Shown here one piece after another: positions 1 through 12,639 of a DNA stretch of 64,000 nt (positions are counted from its first letter, which is position 1; every line of letters begins with the position of its first letter). The DNA comes from Octopus vulgaris. Taxonomy: Eukaryota. The position numbers and the translations under genes were made by a program. Under the pieces are notes generated by a model. It was given only the letters and a program-made list of their open reading frames with translations. It was not told the origin of the DNA and did not search any database. The stretch covers positions 24,924,001 through 24,988,000 of the forward strand of contig OX597819.1 of assembly GCA_951406725.2 (NCBI GenBank), read 5' to 3'.

Positions 1-396
1 TATGTTGCTGTAGCTGTTGTTATTGTTTTGTTCTAGCTCAGGCCATAGGTCAGGGACCAAACCCATGATCAAAAGCATTCCTTTCATGTAGATTTCACCC
101 ATTTATTTAGACATTGTGAATGTATGACTGCATTATATCTAGTGTCCTTTGCATGAAATGAATACCACGAGAAAGTAAAGAAAATATGGTCTGCAAAACT
201 CAGCTTACAATAAGCATATCAGACACAACACTAACCTGCATTGCCTATCCTGACGCCAGTATTTAGCATTTTGCATTGATCACTACAATAACTTAGTGAG
301 CAGGGTTTAAGAAACTCAGAAATGTCTTAGTGTTACAGGTATATCAAAATCAGTAAGGATGTTACAAAATTAAGCAGAATAAAAGTATATGTCACT

Positions 397-742
397 ACGT
401 GGCACCTTGGGCAAGTGTCTTCTACTATAGCATCGGGCCGAACAAAGCCTTGTGAGTGGATTTGGTAAAAGGAAACTGAAAGAAGCCCGTCATATATATG
501 TATATATATATACACACACATATATATACATATATATATATTCAAAATGTGACCGCGTGTGTACCGTTGTCAATTTTCTTTCTCCGTCTTCCCTTCTTTA
601 GATCTTTCCTTTTCCTATATTTCTGACGAAGAGCTCCGCTCGAAACATTTCCTTCTTTCCTGAGCGTCCAATAATACTATACTTGTTCCACGTCCTTGCG
701 TTGTTGTGTTTTCTCTTTGTGTTTTCATGTTTGGATTAACTT

Positions 743-779
<37 letters not shown>

Positions 780-1015
780 GTATGTGTGTGTGTATATATT
801 TGTGTGTCTGTGCTTTTCCCCCCCCCCAACAAAAAAGCATCGCTTGACAACCGATGCTGGTGTGTTTACATCCCCGTAACTTAGCGTTTCGGCAAAAAGA
901 GACCGATAGAATAAGTACTAAGGCTTACAAATAATAAGTCCTGGGGTCGATTTGCTCGACCAAAAAGCGGTGCTCCAGCATAGCCACAGTCAAATGACTG
1001 AAACAAGTAAAAGAG
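397..1015 (+). mobile_element. tRNA-derived SINE family A, 5'-truncated, split by a nested hammerhead element in its central microsatellite
   Basis: GCACCTTGGGCAAGTGTCTT...GAAAGAAGCCCGTC (397-492) and tail GGTGCTCCAGCATAGCCACAGTCAAATGACTGAAACAAGTAAAAGAG (to 1015) match the full copies at 27417 and 60583. Confidence 0.85.
546..744 (+). mobile_element. Short hammerhead-bearing repeat (family H; Penelope-like/retrozyme-type), copy 1
   Basis: Homologous to 46956-47168 and 23199-23418. Contains CTGACGA-A-GAGC-TCC-GCTC-GAAAC at 623-646. Flanked by (TA)n. Confidence 0.75.
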
Positions 1016-1497
1016 TATTATTTGACCTACTATAATATTTAGCGTAATTTCTTGGGAAGTATGTAGCAAAGTTCATTATCTTTCTAAGTCTTATTTACAT
1101 AAACGTTCTTTTAGTTGTTTCTTCTTGTTTTCCTCCTTTCGTCACTGTCAGTCGTATTTCTGAGAATATAGTAATAATTGGTACAGCTGGTTTCTGAACT
1201 TTTATCCTTTTTCTCGTATAGATACACTTGCTATTGCTCCTAAGCCACACCTAATCATTGCATTTATAAGACTGTATCTGCTTATGTACACTGTATTTTG
1301 TTGATAGTTGTGATGAGGTGATTCCTGATATCTTCATTTAATATTGCATGCGCTTATATAATCTTTATTTAACTTCCGTAATTTTTGTTTGTTTGATCCA
1401 GAATGTTGATTATTGTAATAATATTCCACTAGGTATTGAATCGACCGTAACTGATTAATGAATATCATGCCATCACCTTTATTCATTTGGTCACTTT

Positions 1498-1538
<41 letters not shown>

Positions 1539-1571
1539 GTACACACAATATATATACACGATATATATATA

Positions 1572-2365
1572 CGTGGTCTGATCAATAAGTATCTAGACGA
1601 TTGCCATAGTAACGAAGCTGACGTATGCTAAGTATAACCACTTGGCACAGACTGACCTTGAACTTTGACGTGTATGCACATAAGTTTTAACGTTCTAGCT
1701 CACTTCGGCTGTTTACAGCAGTGCTTGGAAGGAACGTGTGTAACGTGTGAACGTCGCATTAACAGAGAAAGTTGAGCAGAGAATCTGCATCAAATTTTGC
1801 CAAAAGTTTGGCGATACTTGCTCAGAAGCCTTAGGCAAAGTTTTCAAGTTTTCATCGTTCTCGACACAATCAGGGAGATCTTGTGCGACTGAAACCCGTG
1901 TGTCTTTGTGGCCAGCTGAAAGCAATTTTGGCACAAACTTGACAGACACGCGTCTCATACCCAAATCTTAAGTGATAATGGACTGAACTGGACTGTAACT
2001 AATCTGCACATCCTCTGATAACTCACGGATGGAGATTCGACGATTTTTCCCTCGCAGCTGCACGCACATCTGCGATGTTTTTCTCAGTTCCGCTGGTTGC
2101 AGGTCTCCCAGAACATTCGTCAATATCGACATTTTTTTTTTGGTTATCATGGATACGGCCGAACCACTCGTACACTTGTGTGCGGCTCATACAACCCCCC
2201 TCCATACAATTTCTGCAGCTTTGCGTAAGCTTCTAAGCAGGTATCGCCATGGCAACTCCCGCTGTCATGGTTAATGCGACGATCACACGCTACACACCTT
2301 CCTTCCAAGCACTGCAGTAAACATCAGAAGTGAGCCAGAGCGTTAAAACTTAGTGCGCATACACA
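1572..2365. mobile_element. Non-autonomous mariner derivative made of two inverted 5' halves
   Basis: TA then CGTGGTCTGATCAATAAGT terminus. + arm encodes EQRICIKFCQK; - arm encodes MSRTQVYEWF, DECSGRP, RRVSVKFVPKLL (mariner HTH/linker). 1672-1751 is the inverted repeat of about 2280-2362. No catalytic domain. Confidence 0.85.
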
Positions 2366-2840
2366 CACACTTCACTTCATACAACGACGCATATGGAGAC
2401 ACACGTCCATACATATGGAAATACATGTCCACATATATGGAGATACACATCCATAGATAGACGCAGTACATAGTCACAAAAACCCGTACACTCACACTCA
2501 GACATACATACACAAGGAAACAGAGGCACCGTTAGGTTACTATGTGTTGTATTTCCGAATCATCTCAGTCTGTAATAGTTGCTATTTTAATCTTTTAGTC
2601 TTAATTGAAACAGCTGTAAGAGAATATGTTGGATTTTTGTAGATAATGAATTATATTAATCGTATATCTCCATTTTCTTAATTTTCTTTTGAATATTTAT
2701 TAACCAAGATTTATATTTAAACCTATTATTTTATGAATATTATTATACACAAAAAATATTAGGTAATGCACCAGTAATTCATTGGATATTACTATCCATT
2801 AATGTGGTTATTTTAACCTCTAATTGAATATAAATATATA

Positions 2841-3142
2841 TCTATATATATAAAACTGAAGTTGTGTGGTGTCTGTCTCCTACGATTTAGATTCCTAACT
2901 ACTCCCACATTTTGCGGTGCAGTTTGACCAAAAGCGGGATCTTATAGTCGTGATTCATATCGAGCCCTTCTGGGTATTAGCGCGCGTCTACGATGAATCT
3001 ACGATTTAAAAAAGAATTTACCATAATTTTTTCCATTTTTAATGCATTTTTTTTTTGCTATTATATAAGGGAAGTAACTCTCTAAAAATGCTTATATAGT
3101 TATTTCCCTTACAAACCCGAGCAACGCCGGGCGATACTGCTA

Positions 3143-3143
<1 letters not shown>
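2841..3143 (+). mobile_element. Non-autonomous Helitron, copy 1
   Basis: A|TC start, subterminal hairpin CCCGAGCAACGCCGGG, CTAG|T end, no TSD; four homologous copies in window. Confidence 0.85.
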
Positions 3144-3193
<50 letters not shown>

Positions 3194-3365
3194 TGCATGT
3201 ATATGTGTCTATATAAATATCTGCATATATGATCGCATATGTGTTTATATAGATGTATGACTGCATGTGTTCATGTATATAAGTACATATATCACTCATG
3301 TATACTTACATCAGCCTGTGTGTATGTGTGTGTACACACACACACATTTATGCGTGCATGTATCC

Positions 3366-3400
<35 letters not shown>

Positions 3401-3533
3401 ATATGAATGAATATGCACGTGCATATATATATATATAAGAATATGCAAATATGTATGTATTTAATACTCACGCTTGGAAACAAAACACTATGAAAACATT
3501 GATAATTATTGAAGTCCTTAATAGGTCAGATCT

Positions 3534-3649
3534 GTAAGTCAGCTGACCTGGTTGATCTCTGCCCTCTCTGTGCTACCCGTGTGTCCATTACTTTCTCTAA
3601 ACCTTTGTTCTTTGTCTCCTGTTTGTCTCCTTTGCTCTTTTCTGGTCAG
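3534..3649 (+). other. Candidate short GT-AG intron between small exons of an unidentified gene
   Basis: GTAAGT at 3534, roughly 55-nt pyrimidine tract ending CAG at 3649, possible donor CTG|GTACG at 3693/3694. No homology support. Confidence 0.3.
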
Positions 3650-4370
3650 ACTCTACGGAGACTGTGCATGACTTGCACATTTTAGTAACGCTGGTACGCC
3701 TGCTTTATTCATTTGGTCACACGCACAGTTGCATTTAAATACATACAAACAATTGCATGTAGATACACACACACACACACACATTTACATCTACATGTAT
3801 ACATGCTTGCACACACCTCATGTACACACGCTCTTACAAATACTGAAATACATGTACATAGGAGCGTTCACACACCTACACTACACATAACTCATTAATT
3901 AAATGTTTGCCTATTAAGGTGACTATGAGAACGGCTCTTAGTATTTACTGAAATGTTGTGTCCTTGAGCAAGACAGATAGCTTTACGTACGCTACGTCTG
4001 CTTGTCTGAATGAAAAGAAGAGAAAAAAATTACTCATTCAAATAGTCGAGTTCTGTGATTGGTCAGTTGTTTGTAAAAGGACATTCGTTTGTAAAAGCTA
4101 ATTGCTCCAACCAAGCCAGTAAGTTAAATTTTTTTAGAAATATCAGCCAAATCACACCCTGCAGTGTTTAAGGAATGACACATTTTTCTCTGTAAGAACT
4201 ACATTATCCTAGTCTCTGAAAAAAATAAATTGAGATGATCACAACTGGAACACCGTTAATTTGATTTTGTTTGGCCAGGAGGACACATGACGACCATTGC
4301 CAAAAACCAAAATATTAATAATAAAATCATATAGATCGATTGCTAGCTTTAAAGAAAATAGATGCATAAT

Positions 4371-4371
4371 G

Positions 4372-4435
<64 letters not shown>

Positions 4436-4746
4436 TTAGAGATAAAACCACTATTAGGCAAATCAGACAGTGAAAAATATAAGCCAATACATAAAATTAA
4501 TTTAAATATAAAAGTTAAAATTTAAAAAAAATATTTAAATAATTTAAACTTATAAATTTTAAATATATATATACAAATATTTATATATATATATGTATGT
4601 ATATTTTTATATTTATTTTATTTATTAATTTATTTATTTATTAATTAAAAAAATTAAAAAAAAAATTTTTTATTATATAAATATCAAAAGTATTAAAAGT
4701 TTAATAAAAGATAAAGAGTAAAACACAATATATATATATATATATA
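4371..4746. repeat. (TA)n microsatellite plus extremely AT-rich low-complexity tract
   Basis: Direct inspection. Confidence 0.85.
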
Positions 4747-5984
4747 CAGAGAGAGAGAGGGATGGATAGATTGATACGCGCACAGATTTATTGTAGGGCA
4801 TTACCTTGCCCTCCTATACAAATCTCTGTCTTCATATGTACGTAAGAAATTTTCTTTTGTGAGCGAATTTGGAGACCTTCTCCGTGGTTGTTTCATATAA
4901 TTCCATTAATGCTAAAAGACATTATAGATATTGATCCTAGTACTTGACTTTTATTTTATTAGTCCCTGGCAAAGGTGATTTCGGTAGTATTGAACTCAAC
5001 CTTAAAGACCCGTAACTAGATAGCGCAGGCATTTTGTACTACGTTTTAAATGGTTCGGCCAATTGCTGGTCTGATGATGTTTTTGCAGAGACGTTAGAAT
5101 GTATTCGTTCGGTATTTGTTCGGACGCGGTGTGTACCAAGTTCAAATCTCGCCAGGGTCAGGCAAATTTGCCTTTCATATTTTCAGAATTGATATAAAAA
5201 AAAAAAAAGTCGGAGATGATGTATTGGTGGAACTGAGGGAACGTCCGAGCGTTGCTTTGCAGTATTTGTTCCGACTGTGTACGTTCCGAGACCATCGCCA
5301 TGGTCTAGATAGGTGGTACGCCTCCCGGATTCACATCATCACCTCTCATCTTGGACGCTTTTTAGAAGTGTCCGCTCTTTTGGGAGCATTCGGTCCAAAA
5401 CTCCCGTTCAAAGACATTCTCTTTCTTCATTCCATCAGTCTTGGAAGGCTCTATAGAAAATCAGAAGCCCCACTTTCCCTCCTGACTAAAAAAGAAATCA
5501 GCTAAATCGACCTCAAAAAATGGAAGGAGATAATTATGTAGCCCTAGATATACTTTTGGAGGAAAAAATCGTGATGATCATAGATGAATGCCTTTTGATC
5601 ATAAGTATGTTTATACAGGGTGACTTTGGGCTAAAAACACAGCAACATCGATATTATTGCTGTTCAGCAATAAAATAATAGAAATAACAAAAGTAAATGG
5701 ATCTTCGTCGCTTGTAACGGTGTGTTGTTCGACTTCTTATTACATTAACGTAAAAATTGTTGAATATTCTGCAGATTAAGTATCCTAACGTAGATCCTCT
5801 AGCAAGATAAATCTGTGTGATAAAACTGGACCGTTGATTTACACAGATGTAACCCATTCGATCTGTTGACTTTCTTTTAAAGATGATATGAAGTGATTTG
5901 AGGGAGGCATGGTGATTGCCTCTAGCAGATCTAGCGAACGAACATATAGTTCTTTTTTTTTTGTGTGTGTGCACAGTAACTCTC

Positions 5985-6385
5985 AGAAACGTTAGCGCGC
6001 CGGGCGAAATGCTTAGCGGTATTTCGTCTGCCGCTACGTTCTGAGTTCAAATTCCGCCAAGGTCGACTTTGCCTTTCATCCTTTCGGGGTCGATTAAATA
6101 AGTACCAGTTACGCATTGGGGTCGATATAATCGACTTAAATCCGTTTGTCTGTCCTCGTTTGTCCTCTCTGTGTTTAGCCCTTTGTGGGTAGTAAAGAAA
6201 TAGGTATTTCGTCTGTCGTTACGTTCTGAGTTCAAATTCCGCCGAGGTCGACTTTGCCTTTCATCCTTTCGGGGGCGCTAAATTAAGTACCAGTTACGCA
6301 CTGGGGTCGATGTAATCGACTTAATCCGTTTGTCTGTCCTTGTTTGTCCTCTCCATGTTTAGCCCCTTGTGAATAGTAAAGAAAT
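5985..6385 (+). mobile_element. SINE family B (MetaSINE-like central domain), tandem dimer
   Basis: Two consecutive GAGTTCAAATTCCGCC-GTCGACTTTGCCTTTCATCCTTTCGGGG...AAGTACCAG units. The central motif resembles the Meta/Sauria-SINE domain. Confidence 0.85.
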
Positions 6386-7216
6386 ATATATTTATTGTTG
6401 ATGCATGCGAAATCTCTTCCTTCTCATTTACTAATTGACCTTGTAGCAGGCTAAGTAACCGTTATTGCGATATCAAGTTGAATTGTATTACGTATTATTG
6501 CCTTTATCTTATTGTTCTTAATCATCATCCTCATCATCATCATAATATCATCACCATCATCATCATCATCGTCGTGGTTGTCGTTGACGTGGTTTAAACT
6601 TGCAAAATATACTATGCAGTTGATGACTGCCAATTTTCACCTGGGTGGCAAATTAACAAACACAAAGAAAGCTACTGAAAAACAAAACAAAAAAAAAAGA
6701 AGGAACCCATCCCTGCTATTAAAAAAAAATTCAAAAAATAAAAACAAATCCGAAGAACCATACAAAAATAAGTTAAACAATAAACACACAAACACACACA
6801 TCTGACCTTCATCTCCTCCTCTTCGTCTACGCTCCTCCCCACTCTCCTTCTCATCATTCTCCCTTTCAGGCAAAAATAAAATAAAATAACGAACAAAAAG
6901 AAACCTTTGTAGTTTTCCTTGTGTTTGTTACCTTAAGGTACATTTTGTTAGTAACACAACAAGACATAATAAACACCTGAAAACAAAAGCTAGAGACTAC
7001 TTGAAGTTCCTTTTGATGGTATTTATAGCTACTAACCAGGTCTTTTCCATCTCTGTATACGTTTGGTGTGTGCATATATTATGTGTGTACCTATGTATGT
7101 TTAAACTGGTTGCTCTCTTCACATTTTTTTTTTTATTACTCGTTGTATATTTGAGTTTCTCTAGTTTTTTCTTCTGTGTATTTAAAGCCTCTCTTCTTTC
7201 TTAATTTTATAGTTAA

Positions 7217-7615
7217 CTAGCAGTATCGCCCGGCGTTGCTCGGGTTTGTAAGGGAAATAACTATATAAGCATTTTTAGAGAGTTATAGCCAAAAAATAGC
7301 AAAAATATGCATTAAAAATGGAAAAAAAATGATGGTAAATTTATTTAAAAATCGTTGACTTATCGTAGATATTTTTAGAGAGTTACTTCCCTTATATAAT
7401 AGCGAAACAAATGCATTAAAATGGAAAAAAATGATGGTAATTTTTTTTTTAAATCGTAGACTCATCGTACACGCGCGCTAATACCCAGAAGGGCTCGATA
7501 TGAATCGCGACTATAAGATACCCGGTTTTGGTTAAACTGCACCGCAAAATGTGGGAGTAGTTAGGAATCTAAATCGTAGGAGACAGACACACAACTTCAC
7601 TTTTATATATAAAGA
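7217..7615 (-). mobile_element. Non-autonomous Helitron, copy 2
   Basis: Reverse complement of copy 1 termini (TC...hairpin-CTAG) at an AT target; internal unit duplicated. Confidence 0.85.
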
Positions 7616-7815
7616 TGTTTAATTCAGGCTCGGGCCGCACTACTAAAAAATATCGAGGTAACTTTTCGTTCGATGTGCCCTTCAGAGAGTTCTGCGGGCT
7701 GCACTTGGCCCGTGCCTGATTTAATTATTCCGATTTCTTTCTCTCTCTACCGCATCTTTCTCTGGTTCTTCCCTTTCTCTCATCATCCTTTCTTTACTAG
7801 AGTCCCATTGATATT

Positions 7816-8478
7816 CGGCGAGCTGGCAGAAACGTTAGCACGCCGGGCGAAATGCGTAGCCGTATTTCGTCTGCCGTTACGTTCTGAGTTCAAATTCTCC
7901 CGAGTCAACTTTACCTTTCATCCTTTCAGGGTCGATTAAATAAGTACCAGTTACGCATTGGGGTCGATATAATCAACTTAATCCGTTTGTTTGTCCCCTC
8001 TATGTTTAGCCCCTTGTGGGTAGTAAAGAAACAGATATTTAGTGTAATTTTTAAAGCGGCAAGCTGGCAGAATCGCGAAATAATACTTAACGGCATTTCG
8101 TCCCAATTTACTTTCTGAGTTCAAATTCTCCCGAGTCAACTTTACCTTTTATCCTTTCGGGTCGACAAAAAATAAAGTACCAGTTGAGCACTTGGGGTCA
8201 GTATCGACTTACCCCGTCCCTAGAACTTGATGGCGTTGTGTCAAAATTTGAGACTCAAGGTGACAAGCTGGTAGAATCGTCAGTACGCCGAGGAAAATGC
8301 ATAACGCTATTTCGTTTGTTTTCATTCATGTTCCGAGTTCAAATTCTGCCGCGGTCGCTTTTGCATTTTATCCTTTTGGAATCGATAAAATAAGTAGCAG
8401 ATGTGCACCGAGGTCGATGTAATTGACTTACTCACTTTCCCCAAATTACTTGCCTTGTGCCAAAATTTGAAATCAATA
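7816..8478 (+). mobile_element. Three consecutive family B SINEs (7816-8030, about 8056-8250, about 8258-8478)
   Basis: Repeated GAGCTGGCAGAA head, GAGTTCAAAT B-box and CCTTTCATCC...GTCGA..AAGTACCAG core. Confidence 0.8.
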
Positions 8479-8702
8479 TCATTGTAAAAGTTTATTATTG
8501 CTAAGATCGTTACAGTTGAAAAGGTCTCAAAATGACCGAAACCGGTACTGAAATGTTCACTATAAAAATGCTGATTTTGACAAAACATATCCTATTCTCA
8601 AATGATCTGTAGCAAGACATTTATCCGTGATTATTATAGGCGGCTTCTCTCTCTTTCTCAGGTCACCCCTGAAGGAGCAGACGTATGATCAAAATCATGT
8701 GA

Positions 8703-8775
<73 letters not shown>

Positions 8776-10051
8776 ATATACATATATATATCAGGTTGTG
8801 TTTTCTATTGGAGGGTATGATTTAAGTGAAATCTGGGTGTTACTTCTTGGAAATTGGCGATAATGTTAGAGGTTCTGTTGTTGGATGTGTGTGTGTGTCT
8901 ATTTGTGTATGCATCCTACCACACCCTCCGGGTGCGTAGAGCCTTTTTACTTACGACCTCACGCCACATTAAGTTTTTGAGTCCATTAAAATTTCAGAGG
9001 CCAGTTTGTCTTTAACACAAAGCTCTATGTCAACGTTTCTCAGTGAAATTTACTTTTGATAGGACCTCTTTAAGGTGGAGAAGTTGTACTTAAAACGGAA
9101 AGTGCTGGAACAGATACCGCAAAGCATCTCGTACCACTTTTTAACAATTCTACCACTCCCTTATTTATCAACTTTGAAGGGATGAAAGACAAAGTTGACC
9201 TCGATAGTGTGTGTGTGTGTACACACACCACACACACTCGACAAAAGTAAATAGACACCCTTATAATCATAAAGGTTTATTTAAATCTGAAATTATACAT
9301 TCAAATTATTTATTAATTGTTATAAAGTGAATGTTTGATATTTAGACATGCTCTTTGCATCTTTCAATGTAAGGACCCTATTAGGCATGTTACTGATCAG
9401 ATGACGAATATTCTCTTGCGGAATTTCTTGCCAAGTTTCATGCAGTAATCTCAAGACATCTGGCTTTGAAGATGCTTTCTTTTTCTTTTTATGAAGTACC
9501 CTGTCCATTATGTCCCAGAGGCATTCGCTAGGGTTCATATATGGTGACTGGCTTGGCCATGGAAGCTTTTTAATACCATTCTCATCCAACAAATCTTTGG
9601 TCTTTATAGCCGTGTGAATAAGTAGTCTTCTTTAATCATTTCACCATTGGAGAAAATTGGAAGGAGTCCTTTCTACAATATGGACACGTTTTTATCTGAG
9701 TTTATGTTTCCCTCACGCTCCACCAGCTCTGATCAACCATTACCCCAAATTGCTCCTCAGACCATCACAGAATAGCTGCCGTGTTTCATTATTGGCTGCA
9801 ATCTATTCGCATCAAATTATTGATCACAGAGTCTCCAAACTCACACTCGATCACTGTCAGGAAATACAGCAAATCTGGACTCATCAGAGAATATGGCAGT
9901 GTCCCAAAATGCTTGTGGCCTCTCCACCATCTCACTTGCCCAATCTTTTCTCCACTTGATGTTGGCTGGTCGAAGAAGTGGCTTCCTTCTCGCTGCTCTG
10001 TCATAGTAACCAAGTTTGTAGAGACACCTGTTCTGGCACTGTCATCAACTT

Positions 10052-10584
10052 TACATTATTTACTATTGACGGATATTTGTCCTCATCTTGTTTGTTGTTA
10101 ACACAACATTTTGGCTGATATACCCTCCAACCTTCATCGGGTATCTTGGGGAAATTTCGAACCTGTGTTCTCATTCCTAAGGTATTTTTCGATGTTGTTG
10201 TCGTTGTTGTTGTTGTTATTATTATAATTCTTCTTCTTCTTATTATTATTATTCAGGTCACTGCCTGGAATCGAATTCGGAATCTTAAGTTTAGTAGCCT
10301 GCGCTCTTAAGCACTACGCCATATACCCATGGGCTACTAACCCCAAGATTCCGAGTTCGATTCCAGGCAGTGACTTGAATATTATTAATAATAATAATAA
10401 TAACAACAACATCGAAAAATACCTTAGGAATGAGAACCCAGGTTCGAAATTTCCCCAAGACACCTGATGAAGGCTGGAGGGTATATCAGCCGAAACGTTG
10501 TGTTAACAACAAACAAGATGAGGACAAATATCCGTCAATAGTAAATAATGTACATAATTCCTTATCTCTTGAATATAGAACTGA
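10052..10584. mobile_element. Palindromic (head-to-head) tRNA-headed SINE-like element with hammerhead tail (family P)
   Basis: 10052-10328 is the inverted copy of 10331-10552. A-box-like TGGCGTAGTG and B-box GAGTTCGATTCC. 9-bp near-TSD CATCAACTT/CATCAATTT at 10043-10051 and 10585-10593. Confidence 0.85.
10459..10504 (+). ncRNA. Minimal type I hammerhead ribozyme motif
   Basis: Stem I GACAC/GTGTT; core CTGATGA (10464-10470) plus extra A; stem II GGCTG/CAGCC; GAAA; palindromic ACGT in place of stem III; predicted cleavage after GUU at 10499. Confidence 0.8.
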
Positions 10585-10973
10585 CATCAATTTGTTCTAC
10601 TATGTCAGCGAGGATTATCCACCACGCTTAACAAAGAGAAGGGTCCTGTCAGAGGGCCCTAGTTGATCTGAGCGAGGTGATGTGGACTCCTTCCCCTCTC
10701 TGGTGAATTGCACAATCACTATTATCTGTAGAAAGCGGGATCCCAAGGTTTTCTGCGATTTTACTCTATGTCCACCTTCAGAATGACCCACATTACGGCC
10801 TGTTTGAAATTCAGATAGTTCCGAGGGTTCTTTTGTACGTGGCTTGATTAAACAATCACACATTAAAATGTCAATTAATAGAAAATATAAACCTTCATAA
10901 GCTATAATAAACATAAAAGGATGTTTTATAGGGTGTCTATTTACTCTGTCATGTCAGTACACGCACACACACA

Positions 10974-11034
<61 letters not shown>

Positions 11035-12182
11035 GACTTAGTAGAATGTATGAATTTGTTCCAGTTCGAATCTCGCCGAGGTCCACTTTCACCATTCATC
11101 CTTCTGAGATCGATAAAATAAAGTACCAATCAAGTGCGGTCGAATTTTCTTCCTGTCACCCACATTATTCAATGCGTCTTTCCTCTTTTAAAATAGTAGG
11201 CGGTAATTTGAGGACATTTTGGTTGTTATTTCTAGCAGCTCGAGTAACCACATAGAGAGAGAGCGGCTCTCTCTTTGAGCTCGACTTTTGATATTTATTC
11301 TGCTTGGTTGTTAGATGGTCGGCAGTAGAACTAACTTTAATAAACAACCCATCAAAGGTTTCCGGTAATCTACTAACTATAAAGTTGTAACTAAACAAAT
11401 AGAGGTATTTGTGAGGAACAAATCACATAGACGCACTCAGGAGTGTTTCAATGAGAGTATAATAATATTTCTTGTGTATTTTGTGTATTTGCCGTCGTTT
11501 TCTGGAGCATTTCAGTGCTGAAAGAAACAGGAAGTTTCTTCTCAAAAACAGAGTTCATTGGTGCAGTACGATAGAAACTGGGCCATGGATTCAACTTGGA
11601 ATAAACCTTATCACATACATTTGTATACTTTCCATGGCACTGCAAATACAATTATGATTTCGACAGTTTTTGCAAACTGCGTTAAGTATCTTAACTAAAT
11701 TACCTACCTTTATGAGAGGCCGTTTATCAGTGTAAAACCAATGTCGTATCAAAAAGGGGTTTTTTTATGATTCGATATAGATCGAAAATGTGCAAAAAAA
11801 AAAAACCAAGAAAACAAACTGAAGTACGTTCTGGGATCGATAAAAATCGACTGAAATCCTTGAAGGCGATGTCCCAGTATGGCCGCAGACCAATGATTGA
11901 AACTAGTAAAAGAATAAAAAGCAAGACTACGTGCATTTTCATACAAAATCTTCGTGATAGAACGTGTCAATGAAGGATCTTCGTCATTGCTAATCGGTCT
12001 GCAAGACAGCCAAATTTCATAAAATTCACTCTCTGTCAAAATGAAAATACTCTTTAGATTCGAGGAACAGTAAACCTCGAATTAAAAAGACAGAAGCGTT
12101 ACTGCTTGATTGCTTTTGGCCATAAATAAGTCCATTTAATCAGAATCCAGGAGTTATAAACAACAACTTGTATGGTTCTATA

Positions 12183-12576
12183 TCTTTATATATAAAAGTC
12201 AAGTTGTGTGTCTGTCTCCTACGATTTAGATTCCTAACTATTCCCACATTTTGCGGTGCAGTGTAACCAAAACCGGGTATCTTATTGACGTGATTCATAT
12301 CGAGCCCTTCTGTGTATTAGCGCGCGTCTACGATGAGTCTACGATTTAAAAAAAAATTTACCATAATTTTTTTCCATTTTAATGCATTTTTCGCTATTAT
12401 ATAAGGGAAGTAACTCCCTAAAAATGTCTACGATGAGTCAACGATTTAGAAAAAAATTTACCATCATTTTTTTCCATTTTTAATGCATTTTTTGCTATTT
12501 TTTGGCTCTAACTCTCTAAAAATGCTTATATAGTTATTTCCCTTACAAACCCGAGTACGCCGGGCGATACTGCTAG
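12183..12576 (+). mobile_element. Non-autonomous Helitron, copy 3
   Basis: A|TC ... hairpin ... CTAG|T, homologous to the other copies. Confidence 0.85.
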
Positions 12577-12639
12577 TTTAATATAATTTAGTTTATGATT
12601 CTGGTGCTTAAAGCTGCTTGGCTTGATACCGCTCTATGA

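Larger units (their letters stand above)
9233..10957 (-). mobile_element. Decayed Tc1 transposon with both TIRs, interrupted by an insertion at 10052-10584
   Basis: TIRs GACAAAAGTAAATAGACACCCT (9240) and AGGGTGTCTATTTACTCTGTC (10930). Peptide remnants LSEFQTGRNVG and WPSQSPYMNPSECLW (Tc1 SPDLNPIE motif); frameshifted. Confidence 0.9.

Noticed and set aside
1030-1500. Possible ancient LINE coding remnant on the - strand
   Set aside because: Many stops and no identifiable motif by eye
5931-6235. Recurrent small ORFs (MRNWYL..., YDGLLSVS..., FLQLDALPNANH...) suggesting a peptide family
   Set aside because: Chance frames of high-copy SINE and LINE UTR sequences
6808-6976. Minus-strand purine-rich exon candidates (ENDEKESGEERRRRGGDE / MMRRRVGRSVDEEEEMK)
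   Set aside because: Low-complexity CT tract; joining the neighbouring candidate gives an immediate stop; no homology evidence
11540-11700. WAMDSTWNKPYHIHLYTF, faintly like a MULE or hAT catalytic segment
   Set aside because: Too short and degenerate to classify without a profile search
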